From: a bacterium
Lineage (GTDB): Bacteria > Zhuqueibacterota > Zhuqueibacteria > Residuimicrobiales > Krinioviventaceae
Length of the DNA: 64,000 bases
Assembly: GCA_963693055.1 (NCBI GenBank)
Contig: OY843751.1
Span: 4,416,001 to 4,480,000 of the forward strand
Direction of reading: 5' to 3'
Shown: piece after piece, positions 29,811 to 39,200 of the stretch
How the letters are laid out: the number at the start of each line of letters is the position of its first letter
Numbering within the stretch: position 1 is the stretch's first letter
Program-made: the position numbers and the translations under genes
Notes under the pieces: model-generated
What the model was told of the DNA's origin: nothing
Databases searched by the model: none
What the model saw: the letters and a program-made list of their open reading frames with translations, nothing else

Positions 29811-30950
29811 CAATTTAGAAAAGAGGCGATTAATAAGAATATTAATCCGGTAGTAATTGAACACGCAATACTACATGCAAAGTTAGTTTCCGAAGTAAAT
29901 TCGAAATTGCCGCCGATATTCTCGTTAAGGCATTTATCTCATTTAACAAATGTTGACTATCCTATTTTACGCTCTATAGTCATGCGGAAGTATTTAAAGC
30001 CGTACAAGGTATTTATATTAAAGAAGAGGGAAAAAGGGCAGCAGAAACGTGGTTATAGAGTAATTTGTATCCCAGACGCTCCTATCATGAAAGTACAGCG
30101 ATGGATAGCAAAAAACATCCTAAGTTGTGGAATAACAAGCCCAGCAAGTTTTGCATACGCCAAGGATTCTAAAATAATTGATGCAGCCAAACTTCATTGT
30201 GGATGTCGTTGGATGCTGAAACTTGATGTAAGTAATTTTTTTGAATCTTTTTCAGAAATAGCAGCATACAGAGTATTCAGGTCACTTGGTTATCAGCCAC
30301 TCATTTCCTTTGAACTATCTCGAATATGCACTAGACTTAGTGACCAGACAAAAAGATACAATAATAAAAGGTGGGAGGTAACAAAAAAGAATTATTCTGT
30401 AATCAATTGTTATATGAATTCAAGAATTGGGCATTTGCCTCAAGGAGCCCCAACAAGCCCAATGTTATCTAATCTTGCAATGAAAGCATTTGACAGCAAG
30501 ATTCTTGAAATTGCAAATCAAAACGACCTTTTTTATACCCGTTATGCAGATGATTTATGTTTATCTACTGCAGATAAAAATTTTAATCGTGCAAAAGCAA
30601 AAACAATTATAAATGCTATCTATAAAGAAATGATGATAATTGGACTAACGCCAAACATCACAAAAACACAAATTATCCCACCAGGAGCAAGAAAAATTGT
30701 TCTTGGACTGCTTGTAGATGGAAAAGACCCCAAATTATCTCGTTCATTTCGTTCGAAACTTAGAATGCACTTTTATTATTTGAGACATGCAGATATTGGC
30801 CCATCTATGCACGCAAAAAACAGAGGATTTGACTCTGTATTAGGATTAAAGAGCCACTTGCAAGGCTTGATTTCATATGCTAGCCAGATTGATCTCGATT
30901 ATGCTTCATCGTGTACTGAACAAATGAATGCCATAAACTGGCCATTGTAA
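29790..30950 (+). CDS. Retron reverse transcriptase
   Basis: R.ICIP, KVQRWI, AAKLH (region X NAxxH variant), KLDVSNFFES, LPQGAPTSP.LSN, YTRYADD, IVLGL (region Y VTG variant); no maturase or endonuclease domain. Confidence 0.9.
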   Translation: MCSWCPQQFRKEAINKNINPVVIEHAILHAKLVSEVNSKLPPIFSLRHLSHLTNVDYPILRSIVMRKYLKPYKVFILKKREKGQQKRGYRVICIPDAPIMKVQRWIAKNILSCGITSPASFAYAKDSKIIDAAKLHCGCRWMLKLDVSNFFESFSEIAAYRVFRSLGYQPLISFELSRICTRLSDQTKRYNNKRWEVTKKNYSVINCYMNSRIGHLPQGAPTSPMLSNLAMKAFDSKILEIANQNDLFYTRYADDLCLSTADKNFNRAKAKTIINAIYKEMMIIGLTPNITKTQIIPPGARKIVLGLLVDGKDPKLSRSFRSKLRMHFYYLRHADIGPSMHAKNRGFDSVLGLKSHLQGLISYASQIDLDYASSCTEQMNAINWPL

Positions 30951-31135
30951 AATCAATAGCTATTGAGAAGAAATAATAAGCTTGCTAATTAATAATTATC
31001 TCCCCAAAATCATTTTCCTAAATTTCGGGACAGACTTAACATTTTTTATTTAAATCAATCTCTCTCTCCAAAAATAATAGCATTCCCCCCATTTTCTTTG
31101 TATATTTATTTTGATAGTATTAACAAAAAAGCAGT

Positions 31136-31597
31136 ATGAGTCCCGATAAAGAAAATAAACTGACCGTAAAAGCCATTTATCCGGTATCTACGGAAAAAGA
31201 AGTAGAGTTGCTGCTGTTCTCGCAGCGCATTCAGGCCGGGTTCCCGTCACCAGCAGATGATTATATTTCAGAAAAGCTGGATCTGAACAAATTCCTCATC
31301 AAGAACCAGGCGACCACCTATTGCGTGCGCGTGGAAGGAGATTCCATGGTCGGCGCCGGCATCCAGTCTGGAGATATACTGATTGTAGACCGCTCCATAC
31401 AGCCGCGCGAGAACCTCATTGTCATAGCCATTCTGGATGGCGAATTGACGGTCAAGTGGCTGAAACGGCAAAAAGGCAAATTATTACTGTGCCCGGATAA
31501 CAACGATTTCTCCCCCATCGAGATCCACGAAGAATCGGATTTCCAGATCTGGGGCGTGGTGGTGCACAGTATTCACACATTTTATCAACAGCGGTAA
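31136..31597 (+). CDS. umuD: UmuD-like S24 peptidase (Pol V subunit)
   Basis: AGFPSPA.DY cleavage region, VEGDSM Ser, ELTVK Lys. Confidence 0.9.
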   Translation: MSPDKENKLTVKAIYPVSTEKEVELLLFSQRIQAGFPSPADDYISEKLDLNKFLIKNQATTYCVRVEGDSMVGAGIQSGDILIVDRSIQPRENLIVIAILDGELTVKWLKRQKGKLLLCPDNNDFSPIEIHEESDFQIWGVVVHSIHTFYQQR

Positions 31598-31598
31598 C

Positions 31599-32873
31599 AT
31601 GAGTAAAATATTCGCATTGGTCGATTGCGACAATTTCTATGCCTCGTGCGAACGGGTATTCAATCCGGCGGTGGCCAACCGCCCGATTGTGGTGCTGTCA
31701 AATAATGACGGCTGCGTCATTGCGCGTTCAAACGAAGTCAAACAAATGGACATCCCCTTTGGCTCTCCGTATTTCAAGATAGAGAACCTGCTAAAACAGC
31801 ACAATGTGGCCGTGTTCTCGTCCAATTACGAGCTCTATGGTGACATGTCCGCACGGGTAATGGAGATTCTGGCGCAATTCGCTCTTGATATTGAAGTCTA
31901 TTCCATTGACGAAGCTTTTCTGGAACTGGACGGCTTTCGCAACTGCAACATTGAAGAATATGCCCGCCATATCCGCGACTATGTGGTCCGCGGTACCGGC
32001 ATTCCCGTTACCATTGGTGTGGGCACCAGTAAAACACTGGCAAAAATTGCCAGCCGCCACGCAAAAAAGAACCGCGACACCTACAAAGGCGTCTGCTGCC
32101 TGGTTGATCATCCCAATATCGATCGCGTGCTTGAAAGCGTGCCGGTTGAGGATATTTGGGGAGTGGGCCGCCAATATGATAAATTTCTGCGCCGCTACCG
32201 TATCACTTCAGCCCGACAACTGAAATACGTCAGGGACAAATGGGTCAAAAAGCACATGACCGTGGTGGGTCTACGGACGGTCTGGGAACTGCGCGGCACG
32301 TCGTGCCTGCCGCTTGAACTGGTCCCTCCCGCTAAAAAAGAGATCTGCAATTCACGCAGTTTTGGGCATGCGGTAACAACGCTAAAAGATATGCGCGAAG
32401 CAGTTGCCGAATACGCTTCGCGGGCCGCGGTAAAACTGCGGCGGCAAAACTCGGCCGCGCGAATTTTACAGGTATTTCTAACCACCAACCGATTCAAGGA
32501 CGAACCCCAGTATTTTAACAGCACCCAGATTGTAATGCCGGCCCCCACGAACGATACGCTGGAAATTGTAAAATACGCCTGTTTTGCCATTGAGCGTATT
32601 TTCAAACCCAATTACCGTTATAAAAAAGCCGGGGTATTTTTATGCGACATTGTACCGGACACCGACATCCAGAACAATCTGTTCGATCCGTATCCCCATC
32701 GTGAAAAATCCCAGCGCGTTATGAACGTTCTGGACCAGATCAATACCCGCTACGGCTCGGGTACCCTGCAGGTGGCTGCCGCCGGCACCAGAAAAGAATG
32801 GTCCATGCAGCGCAACCTCAAATCCAACAATTTTACAACCAACTGGAACGAAATCCCCGTGGTCAGAGCATAA
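31599..32873 (+). CDS. umuC: Y-family DNA polymerase V subunit UmuC
   Basis: ALVDCDNFYASCERVF, VLSNNDGC, FSSNYELYGDMS, YSIDEAF, C-terminal W.M.R...S..FTT.W. Confidence 0.92.
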   Translation: MSKIFALVDCDNFYASCERVFNPAVANRPIVVLSNNDGCVIARSNEVKQMDIPFGSPYFKIENLLKQHNVAVFSSNYELYGDMSARVMEILAQFALDIEVYSIDEAFLELDGFRNCNIEEYARHIRDYVVRGTGIPVTIGVGTSKTLAKIASRHAKKNRDTYKGVCCLVDHPNIDRVLESVPVEDIWGVGRQYDKFLRRYRITSARQLKYVRDKWVKKHMTVVGLRTVWELRGTSCLPLELVPPAKKEICNSRSFGHAVTTLKDMREAVAEYASRAAVKLRRQNSAARILQVFLTTNRFKDEPQYFNSTQIVMPAPTNDTLEIVKYACFAIERIFKPNYRYKKAGVFLCDIVPDTDIQNNLFDPYPHREKSQRVMNVLDQINTRYGSGTLQVAAAGTRKEWSMQRNLKSNNFTTNWNEIPVVRA

Positions 32874-32920
32874 TCCGTGGCTAAAAATTTAACCGCCTGT
32901 TTTTCTCTCAACAGCAACAC

Positions 32921-33046
32921 CCGGTTGCTGAGTAGCCCACCGAAGGTAGACGTATCGAAGGATTAGGGCCGTTCAATTGCTTTACTCACTTTTCCCGGCC
33001 CTTCGATAGACTCGTCCGTCAAGACGGACTCGCACTCAGGGACCGG
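32921..33046. repeat. Inverted pair of REP-like units forming a long composite hairpin
   Basis: ccggttgctgagt...tatcgaagg pairs with ccttcgata...actcagggaccgg; internal hairpin gtccgtc-aa-gacggac. Confidence 0.55.
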
Positions 33047-33093
33047 TGGTGTGTTTGATCGCAAAGCAGCTCTCTATACAACTTGAAGCTTGA

Positions 33094-33235
33094 ACAGGAC
33101 ATGTGCCCCGCAGAAATCAAAATTATCAAGTTTGCATCAATTAGCGCCCGCATTGAGCGAGCGCAAACGAAATAAATTTCGTTCTACAGGATATAGATCC
33201 CATTTCAATAGGATTGCCCGCTGCCAGATGGGCAT
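33094..33235. repeat. ~141-bp direct repeat, copy 1
   Basis: Matches 34753-34893; shared core caaacgaaatRaatttcgttctacaggatatagatcccatttcaaYaggattgccc. Confidence 0.85.
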
Positions 33236-33266
33236 GCCCCCCCTCTTTTACCAAAACACTGGAATA

Positions 33267-33587
33267 TTAAACCGCTCTTTTATACACCCGTACATGGTCT
33301 TCTATCTCTTTTTCGGATTTATCCCGGGCAACATCCAGATCATAATCCATTTGCAACCCCAACCAGAATTGTGGCGTCATGTTGAAATATTTTGCAAGCC
33401 GCAATGCTGTGTCAGGGGTAATACTGCGTTTCCCCAATACAATTTCATTTATTCTTCGCGGCGGCACATGTATATCCAATGCAAGCCGATTCTGGCTTAA
33501 TCCCATAGGCTTTAAAAATTCTTCCATCAATATTTCACCGGGGTGCACCGCTGGTATTTTATTCTGTTCTTTCATACTTAACCTCAA
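33267..33587 (-). CDS. higA: HigA antitoxin (HTH XRE)
   Basis: HPGEILMEEFLKPMGLSQNRLA, RINEIVLGKRSITPDTALRL, FWLGLQ..YDL. Confidence 0.92.
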   Translation of the reverse strand: MRLSMKEQNKIPAVHPGEILMEEFLKPMGLSQNRLALDIHVPPRRINEIVLGKRSITPDTALRLAKYFNMTPQFWLGLQMDYDLDVARDKSEKEIEDHVRVYKRAV

Positions 33588-33865
33588 TGATAATCAACAA
33601 TCTCGACATCATAAGCGTCCTGTTCCTCCCACCGGAAACAAATTCGCCACTGATCGTTAATTCGAATACTAAACGCTCCTTCACGGTCTCCCCGCAGGGA
33701 TTCTAACCGGTTTCCGGGAGGCACCTTTAAATCATTTAAATTGGCTGCTCTGTTGATCATACGTAACTTTCGAAATGCAATAAGCTGAATGTCTGTTGGC
33801 AGTTTTTTAGAATAAATGCGATTAAAAATCTTTTCTGTATCTTTGGATTTAAAGGACTTAATCAT
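33584..33865 (-). CDS. higB: HigB toxin (RelE superfamily)
   Basis: MIKSFK, DLKVPPGNRLE.L.GDR.G..SIRINDQWRICFRW, VEIVDYH; toxin upstream of antitoxin. Confidence 0.92.
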   Translation of the reverse strand: MIKSFKSKDTEKIFNRIYSKKLPTDIQLIAFRKLRMINRAANLNDLKVPPGNRLESLRGDREGAFSIRINDQWRICFRWEEQDAYDVEIVDYH

Positions 33866-33870
33866 ATCAA

Positions 33871-33919
33871 AATATATAACGCATAACGTTAAATGTCAAG
33901 CATTAAACGCATAACATTA
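33871..33919 (-). promoter_or_regulatory. higBA promoter with HigA-type operator
   Basis: TTGACA (33899-33894), 17-nt spacer, TATATT (33876-33871); palindrome TAACG-N5-CGTTA (33877-33891) in the spacer; degenerate second copy 33904-33919. Confidence 0.75.
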
Positions 33920-34056
33920 TCCCCATTTTATGAATTTTCTATCTTAACACTAAAAGTTTCGGAACCGAGATCATCATTTTTTTCTGTGAATGAATAATTA
34001 CTGGTAGGTATTAATCCTTTCTATTTAAATTCTATTTACGACTAACATAAGGTTAA

Positions 34057-34623
34057 CTAATTTTTATCAATATAAACTAATAATCCACCAAAGCTGTAAC
34101 GACTCAATAACATGTCAAGCACAATGCTACTCAGCGTAATAGTTGATTTATCATCAACTAAATCAATAGTTCCCAAATGTTGATTCGTTTGGATAATTTC
34201 ATCATTTAATATTAATCCCAGATCTATACTGATATAAAAAAATGTATTGTTATAATTAGCAATTATTTCTTCATAGGGTATTGACAGTTCAATTATTTTT
34301 TCATGCCGTTTTTCTAGTTTTCCCAGTGTAATTGGTGATTCAAGAGAAGAATAAAAATTTGCACCATAGCGTAATGATAATGCCCGAGTACTATACGAAA
34401 AACTTTTATATAGCGTTTCATCTTTAAAGAGATATATTGTTTTTCGACTTTTATTCTTAATTTTCATTTTGATGTCAAGCGTATCCCCAGGATTCATTGT
34501 TAATTGATTTGAATATATTTCAACAAAAAAATCTTTTTCTTTAAATATATATGTCTGGCCAATATCTTCCCCGTATATATAACCAATACTGACAAATAAA
34601 ACAATAACAATCCATTTCTTCAT
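34057..34623 (-). CDS. AT-rich exported hypothetical protein
   Basis: Start MKKWIVIVLFVSIG after ggtgggg; PGDTL.I...IKN Ig-like strand pattern. Confidence 0.6.
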   Translation of the reverse strand: MKKWIVIVLFVSIGYIYGEDIGQTYIFKEKDFFVEIYSNQLTMNPGDTLDIKMKIKNKSRKTIYLFKDETLYKSFSYSTRALSLRYGANFYSSLESPITLGKLEKRHEKIIELSIPYEEIIANYNNTFFYISIDLGLILNDEIIQTNQHLGTIDLVDDKSTITLSSIVLDMLLSRYSFGGLLVYIDKN

Positions 34624-34752
34624 AACCCCACCTGCTTTTAAAAATATGATTCTATCCGTGTGGATCTGTGTTGATCCGTGGCTAATACGTTTAAATAACC
34701 GGTACTTTGATAATTTGATCGGGACAAAATTCTCTGCATCACGTAATATTGG

Positions 34753-34893
34753 ACAGGACAATGTCCCGCAGAGATTTTTATTACACTGCTTGCATCAATT
34801 AGCACCAGCCTCTGGCGAGTGCAAACGAAATGAATTTCGTTCTACAGGATATAGATCCCATTTCAACAGGATTGCCCACCGCCAGGTGGGCAT
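34753..34893. repeat. ~141-bp direct repeat, copy 2
   Basis: Same orientation as 33094-33235; ends in hairpin tgcccacc-gcca-ggtgggca. Confidence 0.85.
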
Positions 34894-34946
34894 ATAACAC
34901 TCTAATCAATAAAACCGCTGCTTCGATGCTCTGCCTGTGGCATCAA

Positions 34947-36245
34947 TCACTGCAAATGCATCTTTATAAATTTAAACATCACGTCCCAGTCACCGGGGCC
35001 GGGGCCATGGCCGCCGTCGTGCATGTAATAGCCGATATCATGCAAAATCGGTTCACCGGCTGGCGGAAATTCCGTTTTGCCCAATCCCTTTTTCCCCAAC
35101 AGCTCGTAAACCGGCTCCGCCGCAACCGCAGCCAGAAATTCACCATAAGGATCGGACCATTTGTCCGTATTGCCCGTAATTAAAAGCACGGGACGCGGAG
35201 CGATCAACGCCACCAGCATGTGTGCATCCACCGGAGATTCGTTCACATTGTTTCCCCATTTCTGATAATTCACAGCAAATTGATAGGGAAACCGGCTTGC
35301 TTCGGTCAGGTGCGCAACGGTTTCGCCAAAATCTCTGCGACTCAAAGCAGCTCCGCCCTCACCCGAGCAGCTTGCAATAACCATGGCAACGCGGGGATCT
35401 CTGCCACCTTCCCACATCACGGTCTTGCCCAGACGAGAGATACCATAAATCGCGATTTTTTTCTCGTCAACAGTATCATCGGTTTCAAAATAATCTATGG
35501 CGCAACTAATACCCCATCCCCACGCCGAGATGGAACCCCACTCGTCTGCGGCGCGCTCTGTTTGTCCCGGTTTCAGATACAGCTTGCGCACTCCAAAATC
35601 AAATCCGCCATTAAAATCAGGGTCCACATCTCCATAATAAAATGTGGCAATACCAATACCCTGCTCAACAACCCGCACCACATCCAGTTTTCCAAAGGGG
35701 CGTCCCTGGCTAGCCGGGATCAGTTCATGCTCCCGGTTCCAGATCATCCCGGGCCTTACTGCATCATCATCAATAAACAGTTCATTGGCTGAAAAAGAGA
35801 TATTTAACAACAGAGGTACAGGGCCCGTAGCATCCGGAGGTAAATAGATTACCAGGTCCATCTTGGGGCGGGATTTATCTTTTGTAAAATGTATAGTTAC
35901 CTGGGTGCGTAGCGCCTTGCCGTCGAACGCGGGCACACCTTTTTCATGCACCTCAAAACTGATATCCCGGGGCTCGGGACAGCGGCCAAACTGATTTTCC
36001 TCAATCAGCTTTACAATCTCCGCACGGCGCTGATCCATCCAGACATCCGCGCTTTTAACCGCCTTGCCGTTTTCCAGTTGTAACAACGCGGGTAATGTAT
36101 ATTCACCCACATTGGCTTCGGTGTAATTCACCGGAATGCCAGCAACCGTATCCGGTGGGAAATCTGCAATCTGAGCACTCAACGGAGCAATCCACAACAA
36201 TATTGCTGATAAAACTAAAACTTGAATCGCGTTTTTTACTGGCAT
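34947..36245 (-). CDS. CE15-like glucuronoyl/acetyl esterase
   Basis: GISRLGK nucleophile motif, SGEGGAAL.RR, DAHML.ALIAPRP, WSDP.GE, GGH. Confidence 0.85.
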   Translation of the reverse strand: MPVKNAIQVLVLSAILLWIAPLSAQIADFPPDTVAGIPVNYTEANVGEYTLPALLQLENGKAVKSADVWMDQRRAEIVKLIEENQFGRCPEPRDISFEVHEKGVPAFDGKALRTQVTIHFTKDKSRPKMDLVIYLPPDATGPVPLLLNISFSANELFIDDDAVRPGMIWNREHELIPASQGRPFGKLDVVRVVEQGIGIATFYYGDVDPDFNGGFDFGVRKLYLKPGQTERAADEWGSISAWGWGISCAIDYFETDDTVDEKKIAIYGISRLGKTVMWEGGRDPRVAMVIASCSGEGGAALSRRDFGETVAHLTEASRFPYQFAVNYQKWGNNVNESPVDAHMLVALIAPRPVLLITGNTDKWSDPYGEFLAAVAAEPVYELLGKKGLGKTEFPPAGEPILHDIGYYMHDGGHGPGPGDWDVMFKFIKMHLQ

Positions 36246-36254
36246 GATACACCT

Positions 36255-39200
36255 CTAATTTTCAATACAATCTATTGTAACCGGTCCCAGCAATCCTGAT
36301 TCTTCTAATGGTGGCGAGCGGAAAAATCGGATCTGATCACTACCCGGTAATACATTTACATCAACATCGGATTTATGGTCACCCAAAATACGATTGGTCC
36401 ACTCGTTGGTAACCTCGATAGAGATATCATTTTCTCCGGACACAACAAAACCCGTAATATCTACCCGGAAAGGAGGTTTCCACAAAATATCGGTCTTTTT
36501 TTCATTAATCGTAACGCAGGCAACATCCCTCACCTCTCCCAAGTCCAGAAACAATCTACCTGCTTCCATCAGATCTTTTGAGAGTTGAAACGATTTATAA
36601 TATACTGCCGTGCCGGAGAAATACCGGATGCCATCCACATTATTTTCAGTCCAGGATAGCAAGCTGTCAACTATAATGGATTCAGGTGCTCCCATTTTGG
36701 GTGGAAATGTAATTTTCCAGGGGCCTTGGAGTGTTAAATGATTAGTTAACTTTTTCTCTAGCAGAATTTTGGATTGTTGATCTGCCTTTTTCGCAAATAC
36801 CACAAACATGGATCCATACGGAGGGAAATACAGGGGCACTATTGTCAATCCTTCTCCCATATCATACGAGACCGGTTCGGATTCACCCGTATCGGCATGC
36901 CACAATTCAGGCTGCTTGCCGTCAACCCGGAATCGGACATGGATGTCCTGCGACTTGTCGGATTTGTTAAAAAGATAATAAATATCCGCATTATCACTTT
37001 TACGATGGATCCACGCCAGTTCCATATCCAGAGGCTTGCTGTATTCCACATCCGGTGCAATTTTTAGCTGTTCCATCACAGTTTCAACCGGTAATCCCCA
37101 AATTACCCGACCTTTTTCATAGCGATGTTTATTGCGGCTGCTGCCATCCAGGTCCCCCCATACTGCATTTGCCAGGGCTGTCAATTCTGCCTCACTCTGC
37201 GGATACCCGCTCAATCCCGGTGTTGTTGTGGGTTTGGGTCCCAGTATGGCAGCACCGTCTTTCACAAGCTGCTCTATCTTTTTAATAACCGGCAGGGTCA
37301 TTTTATCGGTTTGCGGCAAGACCAGCAAGCGATAGCTTGTGTCGTCCGGAAGAACGAGCTTGCCCTCTTCATCAACAGACAACCGGTTAATCAGCGCGTC
37401 TGCATTGATATAATCATAGTCGTACCCTTTTGGTGGGGCCGGTAACAGTCCTGCGCCCCAAATGGGCATACTCGAGGGAGCGCCTTCATTCAACAGATAA
37501 AGTAAATCCGCAACAGGTTTTCCCTGTTGCAGCATATAGCTATTGCGTGCCATATAGGTCATCATAGGTCCGGCTAATTCCGCCCAGGTAATGTTGCGAT
37601 GAATGTGCGCACCTACCATGGTATTACCGGGATATGTATCCAGCGGTTGGTGTGCCGAGGTATGAAATACCAGCCGGTTAATGCCCTGAGCCATCCAGTA
37701 ATCGCTGACCCGTTTCAGGGTAAACGGCGATTCGTATCCACCGCCGGTAAAAGCTTCCGCGGCAACAACAGGCTTTCCATATATATGCGCGGCAGATGCC
37801 GCCCCGCGAACATCCTGAAAATACATGGGTGATGGATGCAAGTCCCTCACCCAGAACTCGCCCATGGGAATGTCCATAAACTTTTTGCATAACAATGCAT
37901 CTTCCAGGATCTCGAGTGATACGCCCGAGGCTTCACCGTAGGTGCCAACACCCAGTTTATGAAGATACTCTGAAACTACTCCGTAATGGTTTTCGGCTAC
38001 CATATCTGCAAGTGTTCTCCGAAAGTCCCATAAAAAACGATCACTCTTTTCGGCACTGCCAACAACACGCCCTGCCAGAACAGGCATAAAAGGAGTGGGA
38101 TCGTATCCCCGTCGTTTTTCAAATTCTGCGGCCATATTGTCGGTCCAGTTCTGACTGCCTGCTTCCCAGCTATCCATCATGGTATATTGAAGTGTTTTAC
38201 CAAACAACGGGCCCAGTTTGTCTTTGATAGGACCAAAATAATGTTCCAGATACGACAGGGTATGTTCACGACTGAGCTTGTCCACTTCATATCCCAATCC
38301 CGCGGCAGTAGCAGGACGGTTTTTGGCGCCTGTTAATGAATATCCGAACCGCAATAGAGTCCAGTTACCATCAGGCACCTGCCAGTCCAAACTCCCGTCT
38401 GCATTCATTTTAGATGTTAAATCGATCACCCCATCCGCGGGAATGACCAGTTCCTCCGGAATATCTGGCGTGGGTACAGAGTCATATTCAAACAGCAGCC
38501 GGAACCCTGCCTTTTCCTCCCATCGGTGCACACGTGCCTGCGAGTGCAGAACAATTTCGCTCAGTTCATACTTTTCCGGGACTGTCGGGTCAGGCTGGTT
38601 CATGGTTGCATCAGGATTCAAAGGCGAACCGGTCATTTCAATACGATAAAACCGTGCTGTACATTCCGGTACAGCAAACGTCCGAAGCCATCCCTGCCTG
38701 TAGAGCTGTGTGCCTGGCAATTCAACCAGCGTTTTAAAATCAATACCATCGTCACTTGCCTCTAGTCGCCCAATGGGTACACCTCTGTTGCCTCGAATGG
38801 TGAACGCCCGCACCGTGAACGGCTCATCAAACTCGAATTGCAGCCAGGTGGGGCCGTTCTGTACTGCGGGTATGCTGATACCGGAATTCAGGTCCCCATC
38901 CATTAACGCGGAAGCATCAATCACACCGGCATTTGTACTCGTTTTGGGATGCAGTGTTGCCATTTCTGCTCCACCATCGGGAGTGCGAAAAGCCAATACA
39001 GCAGCATCACCATAAAAAATGGGATCAGGGTTTTCCGCACTGCCGCGCCCCAGATTCTGGATCAGCCCGGTATTCGAAGGCGGCTGCTCAAGTTTACCGG
39101 CAAACTTTTGGGGTCCGTTAATACGGGTTTCACTCCACACCAGTTTTTTCATGGCCTGTTCGGGTTTCACCCATGGGCCGCCAGTAAGGCTCCATCCCGC

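Noticed and set aside
29790-30950. RT as group II intron, DGR or CRISPR-associated RT
   Set aside because: No maturase/endonuclease extension or intron domain V seen, no TR/VR repeat pair or Avd gene, no cas1 or array; region X/Y variants and msr-msd point to a retron.
30951-31135. LexA/SOS box before umuD
   Set aside because: No CTGT-N8-ACAG or GAAC-N4-GTTC match found.
33094-34893. Direct repeats as a CRISPR array or integron attC sites
   Set aside because: Only two long copies 1.5 kb apart; no spacer periodicity, no clear RYYYAAC/GTTRRRY ends, no integrase in window.
33090-34897. Plus-strand ORFs 33090..33500 and 34646..34897 sharing LHQLAPA...FRSTGYRSHFNRIA
   Set aside because: The similarity is just translation of the non-coding direct repeat; the first lies antisense to higA.
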